Source of the DNA: Octopus vulgaris
Lineage: Eukaryota
Direction: 5' to 3'
NCBI GenBank assembly: GCA_951406725.2
Contig: OX597817.1
Span: forward strand, 96,782,001-96,846,000
DNA: 64,000 nt
In this document: piece by piece, positions 38,919 through 53,469 of the stretch
Layout of the letters: each line of letters starts with the position of its first letter
Position numbering within the stretch: the stretch's first letter is position 1
Program-made: the position numbers and the translations under genes
Notes under the pieces: generated by a model
What the model was told of the DNA's origin: nothing
Seen by the model: only the letters and a program-made list of their open reading frames with translations
Database searches by the model: none

Positions 38919-39922
38919 GAAGAATGTATTATTACTTTCAAACATTCAGACTTAAATTTAAATAAACATTGTCCTTGCTTTTTATTTAATCGAATTAAAT
39001 AGATATTTTGATGGAAAGATTCGTCGTCATTGTTGCCACATGTCATTTATACAAGTACGGTCACCATTATATTTCGTTTCCGTTAATACAAAATAGTTAT
39101 CTCTTTTAGTTGTAATTGGTGCAACCACTCATCATCATATCCATTATTTACGATGTAATTTTACCTACGTTTTTAACCTTTTTGATAGTCTACTTTTATT
39201 TTAGCTGGTATGCTTTTCGTATTGTTTAATGAAACTCACAAGTAGACACTTCAAAAATATTAAACACATGCTCTTTACATGTTAATTTAATATAACTACG
39301 AATACAGAAAGTTTCGTTGATGTACCACCAAAGTCTCTTACTGCTTCTCTTCCTTATTACATTTACGCCCTCTATCGGAATTCATTCAGTTCATTCATTT
39401 TTAAAATAGGTCGACATTTAATGTGATTACTAACTGATAATAAATATTTGTAAGCTATGTCAACAAAACCAAGTAGCAAGGATGCACCCCCACCTGTTCC
39501 TAAAAGAGGTAAACTGCTTTCAATTTTAATTGTTCTTCCAGTCACGAATAGGAAGATTTTAAAACGATGTAGTGGGTCAACCATATTCGCAGTGAATATC
39601 ATTCCATGAATTATCTTTTCTAAAATGTATTATTCAATATTCATATTATAATTATTGCACATTTCTTGTTCATATTATATTTAGAAGGCACATTCAACTA
39701 GGTTGCTGCAATTATAATTTGTTGCAGTACTTTCTGTAAAATTGTCCATTGATAAATTTACGATATTTATCGATCATGAATATTCAACAAGTTCTGTTTA
39801 TTATTTTGTTAGTTACATCTTTTATATTGATGTTTAAATATATTTCTTCATCAGTATTTCAATGTTTTCTGTAAATATCATTTTCCAGGCGTTCAGAAAC
39901 TGAAGTAAGTTGGAAGAAATGT

Positions 39923-40002
39923 GGCAAAGGTGAAGAATACGTACATCACCCGAATCGAGGTTAGGGTTACAACGGGTGGTGTGCGTATTCTTTACTTCGG
40001 CC
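39923..40002. mobile_element. 80-bp hairpin mini-MITE with 8-bp TSD
   Basis: 30-bp imperfect TIRs starting GG and ending CC; TSD agaaatgt at 39915-39922 and 40003-40010; loop contains ggttagggtta. Confidence 0.8.
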
Positions 40003-41257
40003 AGAAATGTTTAGTCCTAGGTCCAATTATACAAACTTAGCCATGACCATCTCATCATTTATCAGACACAGTTTCTCCAAAACATTAAAATGATAGGGAG
40101 TAGATATGAAGGAAATTTTAACTTTTGCAAGTCATGGGGATAGAATATCAAGCTTAGTGAATAATAGTAAACAACAAAACTCGTTTAATTTCGGTTAATC
40201 ATATTTTTTGTTCGAATAGTAATCTTTACATAGATGTTAGTGGATTGAGAAAATGTGTAACTTAAATATAAATTGTGAGTTAAATAGGCTAAAACGTGAC
40301 AATAAGCATTCGGTTTGATAGTTATATTTTGACATTAGTCAGAAATCATGTATGCCTATAATTTGAATGTTTAAAGTCTGAAACTGAAGTATAATTCGTT
40401 TATGGATTTGGTTTACAGGATTCGGTTAAACTAAAGCGTTTGACCCAAGATTATTTATGTGTGTTGAAGCATATTCTGTTGTGTCTGGGGAGAGTCATTT
40501 TCTTTTCCGTTTTAATATTATACAGGATCTAAATGTGAAGAAGCAGAAATGTGAAAAGCGGGTAATACCGAAATTTGGCGAATAAAACCGAAAGTTTGTT
40601 TACGGTCAAATTAAGTCGCTGCAACTTTTTCATGTTTTTTTCCTCACCTCCTCAACTCTCTTTAGACCGTATGTTTTAAAGTGATATTTTATAGAAATCG
40701 TTTACGATGGTGTTGATTAGGTAATGTTAATATTTCAGACATATATTTGAAAGAAAGAAAACACTTGTTAAAAGTTATGGGAATTGGTGATAGGATAAGA
40801 GAGAGGATGTGTGTGTGCGCGGGGCGGGAAGAATAGTCCGAAATTCTTGAAAAAAAATTGTTTTTATTATTCTAAATTTTATCATCATGAACATAGAGAA
40901 CCGATCTCTACAAAATTTCATTTAAAAATATGTATATTTTTCGAAAGTTATGAGGAAATGAAGTCAGGGAGATATTTAAAAAAAAGTAGGAAGAAAGTTT
41001 TGACTGATACTGCAATGAAAGATAAGTCAGCAAGTGTCTATAGATCTTTTCTGTTTGGCTTTCACTTTTTGAAATTTTAAAATTAAGTGAAACTTTTCGA
41101 ATTTCGTATACTGATGTTATTTTTCAAAAATGTTACAGCTGTTTAAAGCTTGAGTATTTTTATCCAATCAGAAAACAGGGTTTGGATGCTGGCATTTTTT
41201 TGCGTGATAATTTTTATTAAGCAAAATGAAAGCAAAAATTAAGGTTAATGTTGACAT

Positions 41258-42375
41258 TATTACCCGGAAACGAAATCGAAAAAAAGAAAAAAAATAGTGC
41301 AACGGGTGTTAAAGAAAAGTGTAGAAAACGAATATGAAAACGAAAATGCGCGGAAAGCAACTGGGTGCGGAGAGGACTTCGGAAAATTCACAAGATCCGA
41401 GTTTTTCTCTCATAACTTTCAGGAAAATGGGTCTTTTTTTAAATAAAATTTCTTATAAATACCGTTCTAACGGCATACATTACGATTATAACGAAATTTG
41501 TGGGTAAAAATCTTCTCCGAAGGGGTGGGGAGAGTACTTAGGAAAATTCAGAAGATCCGATTTTTTCCCTCGTAACTTTAAGGAAAATGGATATCTTATA
41601 ATGAAATTGTGTATAAACACCTTTCAAACGACATGCATTACGGATGTCTAATGTGCCGTAAACCCCTTATTTTTGTTCGGAAAAGTGGGGGAGGACCCCC
41701 AAAAATGCGTTTTTGAAGGTGAGATGCGAAACTTTATTAGCCATCTTTCTTTACCCATATTTTAAGCTAACAGTTAGCAGAAATACGTTTTCTAGAGTGT
41801 GGATTACATTGAATTGAAAATTCAAACAAGTTTGAAAAGAATAATAAGTGAAAATGCTGAAGTTATGAAAATTAGTGGTAACGAAGTCTGAACAGGAAAG
41901 AGAAAGAATGATACAAAATCCTTACAAAAACCACGTTAGTGTTTGTGTGTGAAACAAGTAAAATACTATTAAAACAAAATATCTTTTACATACCCCTTAA
42001 AAATCGCTGAATATATTAATCCCAGATTGTGGCATATTAGGTCACTGTAGTTCAGTCATTAAAAGATATCCATTTTCCTTAAAGTTACGAGGGAAAAAAT
42101 TGGATCTTGTGACTTTTACAAAGTCCTCTCCCCACACATTCAGAAAAGATTTTACCCACAAATTTCGTTATAATTATAATGTATGCTGTTTGAAAGGAAT
42201 TTATATGAAATTTCATTAAAAAAAAAAACCTAATTTCCTAAAAGTTATGAGGGAAAAACTTGGATCTTGTGAATTTTCCAAATTCTCCCCACCATTGCTT
42301 TCTGTGCATTTTCGTTTTCATATTCGTTTTTTTACACCTTGTTTTACACCCGTTGCACTATTTTCCAGGTAATAA
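41258..42375. mobile_element. ~1.1 kb foldback element with long modular TIRs
   Basis: 41258-41610 vs rc 42060-42375; module ggaaaattcacaagatccg...aactttcaggaaaatgg occurs twice per arm. Confidence 0.8.
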
Positions 42376-42586
42376 TTAATTATTACAATGGAAGTTGTAA
42401 AAATTTCTGGAGTTTTGATAAGTTTAAACTAATAAAATCATGTGAAAAATTGGAACAGGCAATATAAAAAGGAAAAATCCTCAATGAGTTTATTTTTTGC
42501 GAAAAATTACAACCCCATCTCCCCCAAACTGTACATTATACTACTATAGTTCAGTTCGTGTAAACAGTGAAAATGAAAGTTTGAAA

Positions 42587-42664
42587 TAGGCTAGGGTTAG
42601 AATTAAGGTTTAAAGCTTAGGGTTCGAGTTAGGGTTGAGGTTTAGGGTTAGAATTAGGGTTTAG
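42587..42664 (+). repeat. Degenerate interstitial TTAGGG tract
   Basis: ctagggttag...ttagggttcgagttagggttgaggtttagggttagaattagggtttag. Confidence 0.7.
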
Positions 42665-44900
42665 CGTCAGTTTGACTAGTGGATGACCTGTGGTTAATCA
42701 ATTAGTAGCATATTTTTAGTGAAAATTTTTCTAAAATAGCATGCGTGTAAAACTACATTAATATATCAAATTAGAAAATTTACACTTGATTTTAAAATTT
42801 CAAAAACTGTGACAGCAACAGAAAGGACTCATTTATCTGTCTGATAAAAAAAAAATGCTAGACTAACTAACATTCAAACAGGTATGTAAACAATTTGGAA
42901 AGAAAAAATCCTCAATGAAATTTTTTTGGAAAATATTGCCAAAAAGCAAATTGTATGTTATAATGTAGTAATAGTTCAGTTCATGTAGACAATATATTTA
43001 TTTCGCAAAAATTCAAAAACAAAAGTTCAGAATATAGCTCCGTAATGGCTTTAAGCAGACAATAGCTTGGTTTGTACTATAAAAAGAGGCACTAATGCAT
43101 CTGGGATTTGTGATTGGCTAAAATTACTCAAAATTTGCAAAGTTTAAAAGCTATTAACTTAAATTTATGGCAAAAATGAATTTCATTTCCATAATCAGCA
43201 TACAAAACTACTATGCACCAAATTTGAAATCAGTTGGAACAAAATTAAAGGAACTGAAAAGTGAAAGCTAAACAAAAGAGCAGTGTCTTCATTAATACCC
43301 AGCAAGTTAGTTGCATGATAGTAATGCTTATGCAACATTTCTCATGGGATAAGATCTGTGGTCTTTCTAAAATTTTGAAGCTCTAGATTTCCAAATATTG
43401 TAGCATCATCTGTCAGATGATATATGAAGTAAGCACACTGACATCTCCCACAGGAATCTTTCATTTTATGTATCAAAACAGTGAAATATTTCTCTTCATA
43501 TAGATAGATATTAGTATGTATTGTATAAACAATGCACTTAATGAAATGTCAAATTGAACAGTTTCTAATGACTTCTGTATTTAAATATTAAAAATTTGTT
43601 GATTGATCTCTAGCCTGACCTTTTGTTGTGAGACCAATTTCCGTTATGTCATATTGAAGTCAACTAGCCTTTTATAGGCTCAGCACGTTAATCTATAATG
43701 ATTGATTGTCTTACCTATCATGTGAATTGGGAACATTGGTTGAATCCTGTGCTTTGATTGGTCAAGTATTGCGTGGGATATAGATCAAAGGTCCAATCAC
43801 ATTGCATGTAATACATATCTGAATGTACATATGTTGCGTGTAATACATATCTGAATGTACACACATTGCGTGTAATACTAATCTGAATCTACACTGGATC
43901 CTACTCTCTGTTTATATATAGATCTAACAAATTATCTACGAGCAAAAGGGGTGAGCGATTTTCATGAAGCCAAGTCATGTTATTAGTATAATGGAGCACA
44001 TATAACCATTACCGGCCAGAGCTGGATTTTCCAAACGATAGATGAACTATACAACCACCAGAATTCGTGATGCTCTATTTGGTCTACTGTACTATTTAAT
44101 GGAGGAATAAAGTCTTGCTGTTATTTTTAAAGTTTGTTTCTTGTCTTATTTCAATGAGTGAACATGCAACATATGTTACATGGTTCCATAGTAAAACCAA
44201 GGGAGACTTGATACTATCACCATTAAAAGTTGTTCTGTTTTTGTGTTAAATTCATATGCGTAAATGGAATAAAAATACACATCTCAATGTAGGTGAATGA
44301 TCTGAAATTACCTTGTTTTGGTACAGTCTACCTATGGTACGAAATAAAAAATGCTTATCTTCTGCATAGCACTAGGTGAAGTTCTAAGTTTAAGTGATGT
44401 CAAAACTATAGTCATATTGCATTTCAGCGCAAACTCTATCATATACCCTGAGGTTTGATGATCCCTCACTTAGAATATACTTTAAAAAGAAATATCTAAT
44501 ACTTGAATCCTCAGTTCATTTCACCCACCTGTTTCAGTTAAACCTTGAACAAAGATGCGTAGGAATGTCTACCTTTGATGAACATATACTGCAATGGAAT
44601 CAACTAAATGTACCTAAGTGCTACATCAAAAGACAGAAAAAGCATCAGATTAAAATTCAATGAGAATAAACTTTTATCATTTACTTATTTCAGTCATTAT
44701 GCTGGGGCACCACCTTGAAGAATTTTTTTAGTTGAATAGAGCAACCTCATTTTGGGGTTGCTTCATTCAACAAAAACAATTCTTTTATTTTTTAAAGTCT
44801 GATCTCTTTTTCTGAACCACTAAGTTACAGGGATGTAAACATACCAGCATCGGTTGTCAAGTGGTGGTGGGGAACATACAAAGACACACACACATACATA

Positions 44901-44932
<32 letters not shown>

Positions 44933-45019
44933 GAGAGAGAGAGTTTATGAAGTGATGTACAGATATTGTATATTTAGAATAATAAGGTAGTCAGAATGTT
45001 GGAATATATATATATATTT

Positions 45020-46410
45020 TGTAAGAAGTTTTTGAGTTCATCAAGTCTAATTTGGCAAATTTGTGGGTCAGTTACTATGGTGCAGATGTATCTTGCTATA
45101 CTGTATGAATTGTTTCTTTTGATGTGTGAGGGGTGGCAAGATTAGAAAATTAAATACGTGTGCGTGTCTGTTTTTTATTTGTAAAATATATCTGTTGTGA
45201 CAGTGGAGTTGTGTATTTTGTTGTGAATGTCTAGGAATGGTAGTTCATTGTAGCTGATTTCTGTTGTGAATTTGATAGATGGGTGCAGTGTGTTGATGGT
45301 GAAGTGTTCGTAGGTCTTCTTTAGGTCTATCCTCCAAAATGAAGCAGTCGAGATAGTGTTTTCACTTCTTCACCATGTTTTCCTTGAAGTTGTGATCAAA
45401 GGTTTTTCCTACTTTCCTCATAAAGTCTACCTTCTAGGTAACTTGTGCCTATGTTGGCATATGAGAGTGCAAATTTTGTACCCTTAACTTGTCGGTATAT
45501 CTTATCAAATCTGAAGGTGTTTTCTTCTAGTACTAGACGAGTGGCTTTGGTAATGAAGTCTGTTTAGAAATGGTCATTTTCTGTGTTTCTTTACAACAAC
45601 AATAACTACAAATACATAGACGGGGACACACACATAAAATTTAAGAGTGGATTCCTATTCAAAGTAAATGAAAATATGAACTGCAAGGAGAATTATATTG
45701 GCAAAACCAATAGTTCCCTTTGCCAATGTGCAAAAATCCACAGACAGCACATCTGACAAGAGGAGCTAAAGAAAATTCCACTGAGTAAACATTTGGAAAT
45801 ATGTAGAGAAGGAAAATTCAAAATCTTCCCCTTCTACAAATGCTCAAAGTACAACTCAAACTTCTGAAAAACAATGGAACTACACTTCATAAAGGAGTTC
45901 TCACCAAAATTAAATGCTTGAAAAAAGGAAACAATTGGAAATATGTGAAGGATAATTCAAAGTTCCAAAAGATAACCAAACTATATTTGACAAAAAAAAG
46001 TCCTCAACAAAAATTAACATAACTATATATTTTTTTGAAATTCCACCTATGAGAATTCTATATGAATTTGATTGTATATATATGAAAGATGATCTCAAAC
46101 CATTGCTAAAACCTTTTTGCCACATTGTTGATGGACCTTGCAAAACACTCCAGATTCCAAAATTCTATAAGAATAGCTGCTTTCCCTCTTCTGTACTTGG
46201 CTCTCTTTCTCCTTTAGAAAATTCTAGGTTGGAGCTTTAAAATATATTCAAAACAAAGCAGTCAACCAGAAACAGATGAATTTGGAAATATAATTGTGAC
46301 AGCATTGTGTACTGCTTTATTAAAATTCCACTTTTGCAGTCTGAAGGACAAATACTTGGACAAAAATCAAGAGTAGTGGCTAAAATGACCAAAACTTTCC
46401 AAGTTTATTT
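45020..46410. mobile_element. Cluster of Penelope fragments on both strands
   Basis: Minus 45030-45570 RT (YRQVKG, SCHPSHIKRN..YSIAR.ICTIV); plus 45600-45900 GIY-YIG (NCKENYIGKT..L...HRQHI). Confidence 0.7.
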
Positions 46411-46534
46411 AACCAGAGAGATGAATCTTGAATTAAATTAATTATTTTTGTTTTGTTATCTTATAATTGTTATGTGTACTTATGTATGTGTGGTATGTGT
46501 TTGTGTGCACAAATATGAACATGTACATATATAG

Positions 46535-47139
46535 ATGTCTTTGAGTATATATATATATGTGTGTGTGTGTATGTATATGTATATATATATATATGTATGT
46601 ATGTATATGTATATGTATGTATGTATATATATATGTATGTATATATGTATGTATATATATATGTATATATGTATGTATATATATATATGTATGTATATGT
46701 ATGTATATATATGTATATATATGTATGTATATATATGTATATATATATGTATATATATATGTATGTATATATATGTATATATATATGTATGTATATATAT
46801 GTATATATATATGTATGTATATATATGTATATATATATGTATGTATATATATGTATATATGTATGTATATATATGTATATATGTATGTATATATATGTAT
46901 ATATGTATATATATATGTATGTATATATATGTATATATATATGTATGTATATATATGTATATATATATGTATGTATATATATGTATATATATATGTATGT
47001 ATATATATATGTATGTATATATATGTATATATATATGTATGTATATATATATGTATGTATATGTATGTATATATATATGTATATATATGTGTATATATAT
47101 GTATATATATATAAGTATATATATGTATATATATATATG

Positions 47140-47214
<75 letters not shown>

Positions 47215-47215
47215 G

Positions 47216-47252
<37 letters not shown>

Positions 47253-47314
47253 GTATATATATGTATATATATATATGTATATATATGTATATATATATAT
47301 GTATATATATGTAT

Positions 47315-47350
<36 letters not shown>

Positions 47351-47622
47351 GTATGTATATATATGTATATATATGTATGTATATATATGTATATATATGT
47401 ATGTATATATATATATGTATATATATGTATGTATATATATGTATATATATGTATATATATATATGTATATATATATATGTATATATATGTATATATATAT
47501 ATGTATATATATATATGTATATATATGTATATATATATATATGTATATATATGTACTATATATATATGTATATATATATATGTGTGTATATATATGTATA
47601 TATATATATATGTATATATATA
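46535..47622. repeat. ~1.1 kb (TA)n/(TATG)n microsatellite
   Basis: Direct inspection. Confidence 0.97.
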
Positions 47623-47808
47623 CCGGTGTTTTTACTTTTTATGTATAAGTTTACCCTCACGGGCTAACCTTTACTGGAGAGCAATACTCTCGTATTGCAT
47701 TACTATTTTCATTGAAACTTCTTCACTGTTCTCGTTCTGTCAACGTTTTGGCGTTCAAACGAGTGTACTGGCATAGTTGTGGCAACATTTGAAATGTTGT
47801 CGAGGTTT

Positions 47809-47881
47809 ATGCAGCTGATGAGGATAAATCAAATATACGTTTGGCAGGCGTATTTTGAAAAATCTGAAACCGGTACTGCAT
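47809..47881 (+). ncRNA. Type I hammerhead ribozyme, fully intact core
   Basis: atgcag-CTGATGA-ggat..tcaaatatacg..cgtattttga..atct-GAAA-ccgg-TA-ctgcat; 6-bp helix I, palindromic CCGG helix III loop. Confidence 0.85.
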
Positions 47882-48072
47882 TATCCGTTATCTAAGTTTT
47901 TCATTTTTCAGATGTTCTTCCTAGAGGTAAGACAATTTTTTTCATGTTTGTTGCACACATGCATCTTTACTAGTACATACGCAGTGAAGCTATACATTAG
48001 CGTCGTATTTATTACGTTCGCTATTTTCCAGTAAATACCGATGCTTCGTTGTACCATTTATTTACTTTTATA

Positions 48073-48480
48073 TCTCTATATATAAAACTGAAATGCGTTT
48101 TTATCGCTTGGATCGCTTTCAATGCCACTATGTCCTGTCCGATTCGCTCCAAAATTTACAGGGACATGTAGAATGAGGTGACGATGCCCATGGGCTACCT
48201 TAGAATTCGCTATCTTAAAAGGTGTGGTTGCTAGGGGCCATCTTCCTCACTCATGCTATTTCCTATATTCCCCCCTAACTCCCCTTTATATATAACTTTG
48301 ACAATTCCACTCCCGTTATTTAATGTAAGAACATTTTCACTCACTCTATCTCTTTGCTTCCCATAACTTTTACTCATGTATCTGTCTGCATTCATACAGA
48401 GAAACAAATATTCCATCGCCATCGCTTTCTATTGTCTACCTGTCAATGCGCCCATCGACCAAATACAAACAGAACACACC
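48073..48480 (+). mobile_element. Helitron-like 5' end (3' limit uncertain)
   Basis: A|TCtctatatataaaactga start nearly identical to that at 18250. Confidence 0.45.
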
Positions 48481-49184
48481 AACGAGCATTTATATATATG
48501 TGTGTGTGTGTGTGTGTTCTATATATAAATATGTATATATAATGTATATATACAAAGTGTATATATCTGTATTTATGTAAATTAAACTTTTTAATACTTT
48601 TTGATAGTTACGTAAAAGGAACTGGTTGCTTCTTTACACTTTTTGGGTGCAACTTGGGTGCGAGACAGATAATTTTCTCTGTTAATTACGTGATCAACAG
48701 GGGGAAATTATGCCTAAACATGAGCGCAGCGCATGTGAACATCTGACGTGCTTTGAGTCGGGAGAAGAAGTGAGTTGACACAGACGTGTTGCAAAACAAG
48801 GGAGTACACGTGCAGAACAGAGGTGCATGAGTGCAATAGGGCTTGCTAGGCTGAAATACAGTGTACAGTATTGAATATCCCAGTGATTAATGCAGTAAGG
48901 CTGAGGCTGCCAGCCAGTGCTTGAGCTATTATATGCCTCGGTCGTGCAGGAACAAAAGTGTGGCATGCTGGCGCGTTGTAAGGGACAAACAACTTTCTCT
49001 ATGTATGCGTGACCGACCTAGGGTCTTACAGAGATGAGTTGTGTTTACAAGGGCACATTGAGCATGGAAAACAAGCGAGAAAGGCATGTGTGGCGTATGA
49101 ATGTGACAGAGATAGCATTTGTGTGTGTATTAACTATGTGTGTTCATGTGTGCGACAAAAGTACAAACAAGGTGTATGCGGGCA

Positions 49185-50970
49185 ATGGGCTTAAAAATCG
49201 TTTTTGATGATGATATGACGAAGGCCAACTTTTTAGATATTATGCTTAATTTACACAGTGACTCTTACTTCCCATATCATAAACCGTTGACCAATCTTAA
49301 GTACATTAGCAAATTTAGTAATCATCCTGGAGCAATTACTAAGAATTTAGTTAAGAATATTTCATTTAGATTATCTAAATTATCTGCTAATGTTGATATT
49401 TTCAATAATAACGCTGAATTCTATAACTCTGCCTTAATCAAAGCAGGTTATACAGAAAAAATTTTCCACATTGATTCTGCTCAGTCTAATTGTAAATTCA
49501 ATAATGTAGATAAGATTTCTAGTCGTAAAAGAATTATTGATAACAAACATAACTTACGCACCGATACAAAGCGAATTAAGGCAGATAACTCATTGATTCT
49601 GCTCACCGATCTAATTGTAAATTCAATAATGTAGATAAGATTTCTAGTTGTAAAAGAATTATTGATAACAAACATAACTTACGCACCGATACAAAGCGAA
49701 TGAAGGCAGATAACCCTTATTTATTCCACTATTACCGATCTAAAAGTAAATATAACACCTTCAAAAGTAATTACGCTATGAATACTAGTAAAAATATTTG
49801 GTTAATAATTCCTTACGGGAGACAAATTAAATCTAATCTCCCACTGCTGTTTCGTCAAGCTATTGCTAGGAATTTTCCAAATAATTCTAGATATTACTCT
49901 ATAATTAATTCACATAAGGTTAGGATAGGTTTTTCAAACACAAAAAATCTCTTGCAAATTATATCTTCTCATAATAACAAACTGTTAAATATTAATACAT
50001 TTACTAATACTAACATTAATTTAGCTACTACCATCCAACCCTCTAGAAATATTAATAACAAGGTTATTGTATCTGAAGTCAATCCCAATAGAATTAAATT
50101 TATGTCAAGTAACTCTAAGATTAAAAATTCTATATACCAATGTATAATCAGTACTCGTAATAAAGTACGATTTTACATTGGAAGCACATCGTTAGAGTTA
50201 TCTAAGAGAATTTCTATCCATTACTCAACTTTTAGGGATAGAAATAAACGGAATAGTACCGGTCTCAGCAAACTGATTTGGGATTTAAAAGACCACAATG
50301 AACAATTTCATTTAGAATGGTTGATCCTCTCAATTTCGATACCATATGACAAAGGCAAGAAATTCTGTCTTCTCTGCAATTCTGAGCTATTTTTCATTAT
50401 TTTTTCTAAAAATACTCTAGTAAACACGGTTATAGAACGAGCATACAGATGTAAGCATTGGCAGAAACATACTTTTAGTGCATATAAGTAGTCTCTATCA
50501 TTATATATAGTTTAGACTTTAATTTCCTTTATATTTAACATTCACTATTAATATCCCTACTCTTTCTGTTAGCTACTTATGACGTTATATCATATAACGT
50601 TTTTTTAACGATATTAATAGCGTTCTGTCTATTGCTATACGAATCCATCATTTTTTGCTAAAATGTCGTATTGACAAGTTTCGTTTTTTCACTTTCCCGA
50701 AGACAAGATTGCATTGTTTATACCTTTTATTCTTTTGAATAAGTATCAGTGGAATTTTTGAAACATATGTAGAAAGTAAAAATACTTGTTTAAACCTGCG
50801 TTAACTCCATTTTTTATTCATATTATTCAAATATTCAACGTAAACACGAAGTTTCAACCTTTATAAACAAGGAGTTACAACATCTTTACTTGTGAGATAT
50901 TTGCTGCCCTGGTAACTATTCATTCATTTATCCGTGTTAATTGTTAACAAGGTAAAATACACATCATCTA
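49185..50970 (+). mobile_element. 5'-truncated Penelope-like element (RT C-terminus, GIY-YIG, terminal repeat)
   Basis: NFLDIML...PYHKP...YISKFSNHP (49140-49634); SIYQC...FYIGSTS...R...H, CLLCNSE, CKH (49700-50491); ~120-bp tandem duplication near 49470-49715 breaks the frame. Confidence 0.9.
50691..50777 (+). ncRNA. Type I hammerhead motif (U4C) in the Penelope terminal repeat
   Basis: actttc-CCGAAGA-caagatt...aattttt-GAAA-catatg-TA-gaaagt, 200 nt after the ORF stop. Confidence 0.7.
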
Positions 50971-50971
50971 T

Positions 50972-52365
<1,394 letters not shown>

Positions 52366-53469
52366 GAAAATAATTAAAAAAACAAAAAAGATATAAAAAT
52401 ACGCGGTATTCTATCTTTATAATCTTTATAATTTCGTGCCTGCCACGCACTCTCTCTTTCTCTTTTTTACATTTCTATTTCTATCTCTCTCATACATTTT
52501 TATTATTTGTTATCATTAGTGTTCTTTCAAACAGAAAATAATAATTAAAAAGATATAAAAATACGCGCTATTCTATCTTTATAATCTCTCCCTCTCTTTC
52601 TTACATTTCTATTTCTATCTCTCTCATACTGTTTATACCTTATCTGTCTCCCCATCCACCAGACCCTCTATTTCCGCTCTCACTCTCCCCTCCTCCCTCT
52701 CTCTCCCTCTGCAATCGTTTCTCTTTCTGCCTCTCTCTCAGATCAACTTTCTCTCACCTCACCCCCTCTCTCAGTTCCTCAACTTCACTCATTCTCTCTT
52801 GTATCTATATACCGCCCTCTTTCTCTCTCTCTCTCTCTGTTACTCCCCCTCCCTCTCTCTGCCTCTTTCCTCTCCGCTCCTTCACAGGTCAAACCCCTTT
52901 TCCTCTTCCCCTTCTGTCCCCTTATTTCTTTCTCTACACCACCCTCCCTGTCCCTTTACTACACTCTGTTGCGCCCCCTCTCTTCCTCTTCCCCCTTTTT
53001 CCTTCCTACCTTTCCTCTCCCTGTTCCCTCTAAGGCTCACCACCCCCCTGTCTCTTTTTTCCTCTCTCTGTCTCCTTCCTCCACACCACCCTCTCTGTCC
53101 CTTTACTTCACTCCCTGGTACCTCTATCCTGCCCTCTCTCTCTCTCCCTCTCCATTTCATCTCTCTCTTCCTCTCCATTTTATCTCTCCGCCTTTCTTCT
53201 CCCTGCCCCCCCTAGGGTCCACCCTCTTGTCTCACTTTTCCACCCTGTCCCTTTCTACTACACCTCTATCCCGCTCACTCTCCCCTGCTGACCTGCCATT
53301 CTCTCACCTTTCTCTTTTTTCCCTCTTATTTTCTCTCTTTCTCTCTTCTCTCAGGAAAATCCCCTCGTCTCTCTCTCTATCCCCCCCTGGCTTTTCTCCT
53401 TTCTCTTCTCCCTCTCCATATCTCTCCTTCTCTATCTCTCTCTCTGTTCCTATATTTCACTAGAAGAAA

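Noticed and set aside
39372-39602. 76-aa ORF as a possible host exon, and a 16-nt micro-exon-like ag|...|gtaagt at 39889-39904
   Set aside because: No recognisable homology, upstream stops, no supporting neighbouring exons
52799-53463. Leu/Ser/Pro-rich and Arg/Glu/Gly-rich ORFs (also 8574-9143)
   Set aside because: By-products of the polypyrimidine LINE 5' UTR
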